NCBI GenBank assembly: GCA_041664365.1
Contig: JBAYKW010000001.1
Span: 308,465-372,464 of the forward strand
DNA: 64,000 bases
Direction: 5' to 3'
From: Patescibacteria group bacterium
Lineage (GTDB): Bacteria; Patescibacteriota; Patescibacteriia; UM-FILTER-42-10
Below, in pieces: positions 58,852 to 64,000 of the stretch (position 1 is the first letter of the stretch; every line of letters starts with the position of its first letter). Below the pieces are notes generated by a model. That model ran no database searches and had not been told where the DNA came from. It saw nothing but the letters and a program-made list of their open reading frames with translations. Both the position numbers and the translations under genes were made by a program.

Positions 58852-59704
58852 CATGGGAACACTTCCGTCTATTAAAGAATTAAAAGCAACAATCCAGCCG
58901 GATCCAAAAAAAGAAACTGTCTGGTACGCAAAATATGTGATCAGAAAAGTTTCTATTTATTTTACTTGGATTCTGCTACATACACCGCTGACTGCCAATC
59001 AAGCCACATTGATACAGGCGTTTTTTGGCATCGCCGGCTCTATATTACTTGCCTTCGGTGGATACAAATGGTCCGTACCGGCCCTGATACTGATCCAGTT
59101 GGGATATATATTTGATTGCGTTGACGGTGAAATTGCGCGCTACCGGAAAAAACCTTCCGTGAACGGAATATTTCTGGACTCGCTGAATCATGCTTTAGTA
59201 ATCCCTTTTATTTTCCTCGGACTGGTGATCTTCTCCTACTATCTGGTAAATGAAACTTGGGTGCTTTTTGTCGGTCTGATTTTAGTGATTTTTTCCGGCA
59301 ATCCCGTAAAAAAAGGGATGCTTTCTACCCTGTTTTACATGCTGGAAAGAAAAGATAATCCGAAATATCAAATTGCAAATATGGTACAGGATAACGGGTT
59401 ACAGCCGGCGAGTCAGAATCCTCAACCGGAAATAAGCACAATAAGAAGCAAGATGTCACTTAAAAACATTATTATTGCAGCAGCAAAAGACATCTCAGAA
59501 TATCCGACTTCAATGAATATTATCACAGTTACAGTCATCACTGACGTACTGATGCAAAAACACGGCAATTGGGAATACTATCCCCTGTCGCTTTTGCTGG
59601 TAATCTTTTACACCGTCTTTCTGGTATTCAAAGAAATATTTTTCCTGCACAAAATTTATTCCAACCGGGTGGTGGAAAAGAAATTCATGAATTATATTAA
59701 ATAG
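58838..59704 (+). CDS. CDP-alcohol phosphatidyltransferase-family membrane protein
   Basis: Signature DCVDGEIARYRKKPSVNGIFLDSLNHA (D-G-x2-A-R-x8-G-x3-D-x3-D). It is polytopic. I moved the start to the ATG at 58838, which overlaps the upstream stop. Confidence 0.7.
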   Translation: MVKYSMGTLPSIKELKATIQPDPKKETVWYAKYVIRKVSIYFTWILLHTPLTANQATLIQAFFGIAGSILLAFGGYKWSVPALILIQLGYIFDCVDGEIARYRKKPSVNGIFLDSLNHALVIPFIFLGLVIFSYYLVNETWVLFVGLILVIFSGNPVKKGMLSTLFYMLERKDNPKYQIANMVQDNGLQPASQNPQPEISTIRSKMSLKNIIIAAAKDISEYPTSMNIITVTVITDVLMQKHGNWEYYPLSLLLVIFYTVFLVFKEIFFLHKIYSNRVVEKKFMNYIK

Positions 59705-59718
59705 ATTCCGCCTTTCAA

Positions 59719-61899
59719 TTAATCTATCCCGAGGTCAACATCTCTTACAACGTTTTGTAGGTCTTTTTTATATGTCTGTAAATCAAGTTCATTGCGGGTA
59801 ACATAATATTTACCCTTTTCCATGTCATCTGTCATCACTGATACATATTCAAACGGGACATATGCCCTGATATCCTTAACTTTATAGATAAACAAATTTA
59901 TTTCTTGCCGGCTTATCCTATTCGGAGGAATCGAATCCTGCAAACCCCTGATTTTTTTCAGATCAATAATTTTAGTCTGCTGGATATACCCGGTAATACT
60001 GGATTCTTTGTTCAGTTCTTTGTATCTAAATGTAAAATTGCCCACTGATTCCAGGTTCTGATCAGCGAAGCCGTTAAAATAGTTTGAGCTTTCTTCGTCG
60101 GTAACTATATATACCTCTTCATATTGATCCAATAGATTAATAAAATGTTGTTCCGATTTGTCCATCTGCCAGTTCATAATCCCTAGTAAATCATCATTAT
60201 TCTGTTCCCAATCCGGATACATCGGCAATACTTCCGGCAGATCTTTTTTAAACTCTTCGGAGCGATACAGATCAATATTCGGCAATGTATCCATATCGTA
60301 AAAATAGTGCTGGATCAATGCTATCTTCTGCCAGCCCCAACCGGGGTCCATTACCACCAGAGAGTCTTTGTGAAATATTTTATTAAACTCTTCGACTTGT
60401 CCTGTTAGTCCTTTGTTTTCAACAAAGAATAAAATCGTTCTCGCGGAAATAATCCCGATGATTGCGATCAGTGTTACTGCCGTCCTTAATTGTTTTTTCG
60501 GCAGATCGAGCCTGACGATCACTACAGCAGACAGGACGGCAAAAAGCGGGATCAATGTCGGGAAAAAGCGCCGCATAAACCAGGGTTGGTCCAGGGCGAT
60601 ATTCGGTTCAATAATAAAAAGAAATGCCGGCAATAATACCAGGGTTACTATAAATTCATTGACAGTGAAAAGTTTTTTTCGTAATCCCAGTAAAATAATA
60701 AAAATAAAGATAAAGTAAAAATAAAAAGCAAAATTTTCAAATACATACTGGGTCCGATAAACAGTCCATGTTAATTCACCTGAATTTTCAAAAGCCAAAA
60801 ATATCAACTCAAATATAACTATCGATGAAATAATCAGATAAAACAGTAATCTATTAAAATCAATCCTTTTATAAAACTTAATCAAGGCAAATATCAATCC
60901 ACCGACTAATAAAACAGATAATAATAGGATTGCAGTATTTTTGTATATATAATCAAAGCCTTCTATAACGTCCAAAGCCTGGGTCATGATATATCCGGCC
61001 TCGTAATACATGACGTAAAAATAGAAAATTACCAGATTCAAAACGGTGATTCCCGCCCCGAGCCAGATGGATAATCTGTTATTTACAAATTCTTTTCTAT
61101 ATTTGTAAAGAATCAAATAAACTGCCACAACCAAATACACGGCAAAAAATATCAAACCTTCCGGCCTTGTTAATGTTAATAGCGAAAATGGAATTAACCC
61201 ACCCATTATATATTTTGGGTTTCTTTTTTTAACGGCAAGTACCGCTAGCCACACTCCAAGCCAGATAAAAAATATCGAGATATTTTCAACATTGGTTCTT
61301 TTCGGAAACCAGAAAAACACATAGGTAGAAAGCAAAAATATCAGCGCGATCAGCGATGCCTTTCCACCTGCCAGCTCTTTCACCAAGAAGTAAAATATAC
61401 CGAAAGTAAGTAACATCAGTAAAACATTTGCCCACAACAAAAATTGTAATCCGCCAAACATATGATATACAGCTAAATACCCGGTATAGGTAGGTAAAAA
61501 CTGGGATGTAAATTTGTCACCGTCCAGATTTCTGACGCCATGCACCGGGCGCGTAAAATAATCCTCCCATACCAAAGACCCGGACTGCGTCAGTCTGTCC
61601 GCTGAATAGATATAACTCAAATCATCCCTGGCCGTCGGTATATCATGATGAAAATATCCGGCTATCAAACTGAAAAGCAGGATAATAAAAAAAGAAACTA
61701 TTGCGGTTTTATTCTTCTGTTCTTTTTTCGGTGCTAATACAGTCCTTAGCAGGTAATAAGCTGATAGAGCAATAAACATAACTGATACTACTGCGACCGG
61801 AATCTTTGAAAAAAAGCCGAAAACTGCTAAAGCTAAAATTGCCGATAAATATATGGCAAAGGCAAAACAGATTCTAAGAAATGATTTTTCTAACTGCAT
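59719..61899 (-). CDS. Very large polytopic GT-C-like membrane protein with C-terminal extracytoplasmic domain
   Basis: 726 aa with about 14 TM segments. The first-loop acidic motif is TARDDLSYIYSADR. The C-terminal soluble region is about 230 aa. Confidence 0.45.
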   Translation of the reverse strand: MQLEKSFLRICFAFAIYLSAILALAVFGFFSKIPVAVVSVMFIALSAYYLLRTVLAPKKEQKNKTAIVSFFIILLFSLIAGYFHHDIPTARDDLSYIYSADRLTQSGSLVWEDYFTRPVHGVRNLDGDKFTSQFLPTYTGYLAVYHMFGGLQFLLWANVLLMLLTFGIFYFLVKELAGGKASLIALIFLLSTYVFFWFPKRTNVENISIFFIWLGVWLAVLAVKKRNPKYIMGGLIPFSLLTLTRPEGLIFFAVYLVVAVYLILYKYRKEFVNNRLSIWLGAGITVLNLVIFYFYVMYYEAGYIMTQALDVIEGFDYIYKNTAILLLSVLLVGGLIFALIKFYKRIDFNRLLFYLIISSIVIFELIFLAFENSGELTWTVYRTQYVFENFAFYFYFIFIFIILLGLRKKLFTVNEFIVTLVLLPAFLFIIEPNIALDQPWFMRRFFPTLIPLFAVLSAVVIVRLDLPKKQLRTAVTLIAIIGIISARTILFFVENKGLTGQVEEFNKIFHKDSLVVMDPGWGWQKIALIQHYFYDMDTLPNIDLYRSEEFKKDLPEVLPMYPDWEQNNDDLLGIMNWQMDKSEQHFINLLDQYEEVYIVTDEESSNYFNGFADQNLESVGNFTFRYKELNKESSITGYIQQTKIIDLKKIRGLQDSIPPNRISRQEINLFIYKVKDIRAYVPFEYVSVMTDDMEKGKYYVTRNELDLQTYKKDLQNVVRDVDLGID

Positions 61900-62734
61900 A
61901 GGCTAACTGAAAAAAAGGCGTATATATCAATTTGATTATATAATAACATTTTTCGCTGATGCTGTAATACCGCTGAACGATTTTGCACCGCGCCCTTGCT
62001 TTGTACAATATTTTTTTAAATAATCCTAAGTTAATACTTATTTTAGAGTTCAATTGTTCTTTATGAACAATCGTCATATTACTAACAACACCGAGTTGAT
62101 AACCCGCCCGCAAAGCGCGCAGGCTGAAATCCAAATCCTCACCGTACATAAAAAATGATTCATCAATCAGACCGATTTTCTGAAAGACATCTTTCTTGAT
62201 AAACAGCGCACAGGCCGGGAGCCAATCAGCAGTGATATTTTTATCAATTTTCTCAAGCGCGGATTTTTTATTGATGTGCTCCCCTACCTTCGTTGTCGGG
62301 TGACTTAAAATATCCTTTCCACGAAACAGCTTTGAACCGGCAAACCATACTTTATCGCTGTCCGGATACTGAATGATCGGCGATGCCAGGCCGACGTTAA
62401 CATTATCTTCTAAATACTGCACCCCGCTTTTTACAAAGTTATCTGATACTTCGGTGTCCTGGTTCAGTAGCACCACATAATCAGCACCAAGCGATAATGC
62501 CTTGTTAATCCCGATATTATTGCCTTTCGCAAAACCCTGATTATTATCATTTTCTATCAGGATAACGTCTTTAAAGTTTTCTTTGATTATCTCCCTGGTC
62601 CGGTCTTCTGATTTATTATCTACCACTATCACACCAAATCCTGATTCAGTTTGTTGATACACTGAATTCAAACAATCTTGAATGAACTTTTGACCATTCC
62701 ATGTAACAATTATAATAAACAGCTTTTTAGGCAT
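61874..62734 (-). CDS. Glycosyltransferase family 2
   Basis: LFIIIVTWNGQKFIQDCLNSVYQQ...VIVVDNKSEDRT. Confidence 0.75.
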   Translation of the reverse strand: MPKKLFIIIVTWNGQKFIQDCLNSVYQQTESGFGVIVVDNKSEDRTREIIKENFKDVILIENDNNQGFAKGNNIGINKALSLGADYVVLLNQDTEVSDNFVKSGVQYLEDNVNVGLASPIIQYPDSDKVWFAGSKLFRGKDILSHPTTKVGEHINKKSALEKIDKNITADWLPACALFIKKDVFQKIGLIDESFFMYGEDLDFSLRALRAGYQLGVVSNMTIVHKEQLNSKISINLGLFKKILYKARARCKIVQRYYSISEKCYYIIKLIYTPFFQLAYAVRKIIS

Positions 62735-63431
62735 TCTTTTTCTTTATTACTACGACCATATATCCGCCGAAGCGCTTCATAAATGAACCAGCCATCATTT
62801 TTTCCAAAGACATGGAAATAGGGTTGGTAGACAATTTCTGCCCCATCGCCAAAACTTTTATTCCGCAATAATCCACAATCTCCCATCCTTCCGGCAGATA
62901 AGACTTTATTTTGTTGAGGCTGTCGTAACGGATATAGACATCCCTTTTTTTCACCACATTGTAAATCAGATTCGTCAGTTTTTTCATGCTGTAAGGGTTA
63001 TAGAATTCCAAAATGAGTGTTCCGTCATCTTTGACAATCCTGACCGCCTCTTTGATTGTTTCCTTTATTTCCGGTATATGCGCCAGTACTTTAAAAGAAT
63101 AAACAACATCAAAAGTTTTGTCATTGAACGGAATGGATTTGGCATTTGCCACTTGTACCTGCAAACCCTTCTCCTTTGCCCTTTCCAACATTCCGGGTGA
63201 CAAATCAATTCCATTTGCGATATGCGCGAATTTATTTACCTCATTTAAAATAATTCCGGTACCGCACCCGATTTCCAGTACATTTTTATCCTTGCCGTAT
63301 TTTTCCACGATCTCCACCTCTTTTTTGTTGATCATTTCATAATACCCGCTAATGCGCTCATCGTCATACCAACTACCGTATTTGTTGTAATATTCCTCTG
63401 TCTTTTCGTAACTTTCTTTTTGATTGTTCAT
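62727..63431 (-). CDS. Class I SAM-dependent methyltransferase
   Basis: VLEIGCGTGIIL motif I, followed by a GIDLSPGMLE motif II region. Confidence 0.7.
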   Translation of the reverse strand: MNNQKESYEKTEEYYNKYGSWYDDERISGYYEMINKKEVEIVEKYGKDKNVLEIGCGTGIILNEVNKFAHIANGIDLSPGMLERAKEKGLQVQVANAKSIPFNDKTFDVVYSFKVLAHIPEIKETIKEAVRIVKDDGTLILEFYNPYSMKKLTNLIYNVVKKRDVYIRYDSLNKIKSYLPEGWEIVDYCGIKVLAMGQKLSTNPISMSLEKMMAGSFMKRFGGYMVVVIKKKNA

Positions 63432-63520
63432 CCCTTTAGAAATTATTGTAAATTAATTTAATAAATCAGACTTTATTACTATCCTTGATCCCATTTTGTT
63501 TGATGAATTTCTGACGGGAA

Positions 63521-64000
63521 TCATATAATATTCAGATATGCTTTAGTAATTTTATTAATTTCAAATTCTTTTTCTATTGTATCGCGGGCATTCCGGCCAA
63601 GCTCTAATCTTTTTTCCGGATTGTTAAGTAGGTATTCCAGTTTTTGTTTCAGATCCTCATCATCTTTTATAATATAGCCATTATACCCGTCCCGAATTAA
63701 AAACGCCAAAGACGGCGTATTGGTGCCAATTACCGGTATGGAAAGCGCCATTGCCTCCAGTGCCGCTTGTGAAACACCCAGAACCGAATATGAATCACGA
63801 TATGGCAATACCAGAAGATCACAGGAAGCAATATACGGCATCAGGTTCTCCTGCCAACCAATAATCGATACTCTTGCATCTTTTTTTGCCGTTTGCTCGA
63901 TTGCCGATTTCTCCGGTCCGTCGCCGCCGGAAAATATTATATCAGCATTGCTGGGATTGATTTTCAAAAATGTATTCAGCAATCGGTCTGGCCCTTTGAT
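63521..64000 (-). CDS. GT4 glycosyltransferase, C-terminal part (the 5' end lies beyond the window edge)
   Basis: EAMALSIPVIGTNTPSLAFLI motif. The frame stays open to nt 64000. Confidence 0.6.
   Translation of the reverse strand: MKGPDRLLNTFLKINPSNADIIFSGGDGPEKSAIEQTAKKDARVSIIGWQENLMPYIASCDLLVLPYRDSYSVLGVSQAALEAMALSIPVIGTNTPSLAFLIRDGYNGYIIKDDEDLKQKLEYLLNNPEKRLELGRNARDTIEKEFEINKITKAYLNII

Overview
This is an AT-rich bacterial window. I could not see any internal TGA stops in the genes (so standard code), small overlapping genes are common and Shine-Dalgarno sites are weak; this is compatible with an uncultivated low-GC or CPR-like lineage, but taxonomy cannot be fixed from this window alone. 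The first ~6.3 kb is housekeeping: a C-terminally anchored surface protein, rpmA, pyrG, rplI, an S41 C-terminal protease and murA. From ~7.6 kb to the end (>55 kb) the window is one very large, composite glycan-biosynthesis locus. It encodes three separate 6-deoxyhexose nucleotide-sugar pathways: dTDP-L-rhamnose (rmlBD and rmlAC, split by ahcY plus a PfkB kinase), GDP-colitose/GDP-fucose (gmd, gmm, a ColD-like dehydratase and an Fcl/ColC-like synthase), and UDP-L-FucNAc (fnlA, fnlC and a Cap5F split into a cupin gene and an SDR gene). It carries at least 15 glycosyltransferases: GT2, GT4, one clear GT11 alpha-1,2-fucosyltransferase homologue and two GT10 alpha-1,3-fucosyltransferase homologues. 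Export is by an ABC-transporter-dependent route (Wzm plus a Wzt with a C-terminal substrate-recognition extension), with two Wzx-like flippases also present. There are six SAM-dependent methyltransferases, a polyprenol-phosphate sugar synthase (GT2) with a DUF2304-like partner and three large polytopic GT-C-like membrane proteins. A frameshifted GpsA-like dehydrogenase, a cytidylyltransferase and a CDP-alcohol phosphotransferase form a phospho-headgroup decoration module. Two mobile or selfish elements are visible: a small GIY-YIG cassette inserted in the 5' end of rmlB with an immunised duplicate of the rmlB start, and a REPtron (a RAYT transposase with GTAG-hairpin REP elements, one REP doublet inserted in-frame inside the RAYT gene itself). 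A GT2 pseudogene fragment marks a rearrangement point. A tandemly duplicated two-gene module (anchored protein plus small membrane protein) is co-transcribed with rmlAC; I cannot assign it a function. No tRNA, rRNA or CRISPR array was seen.
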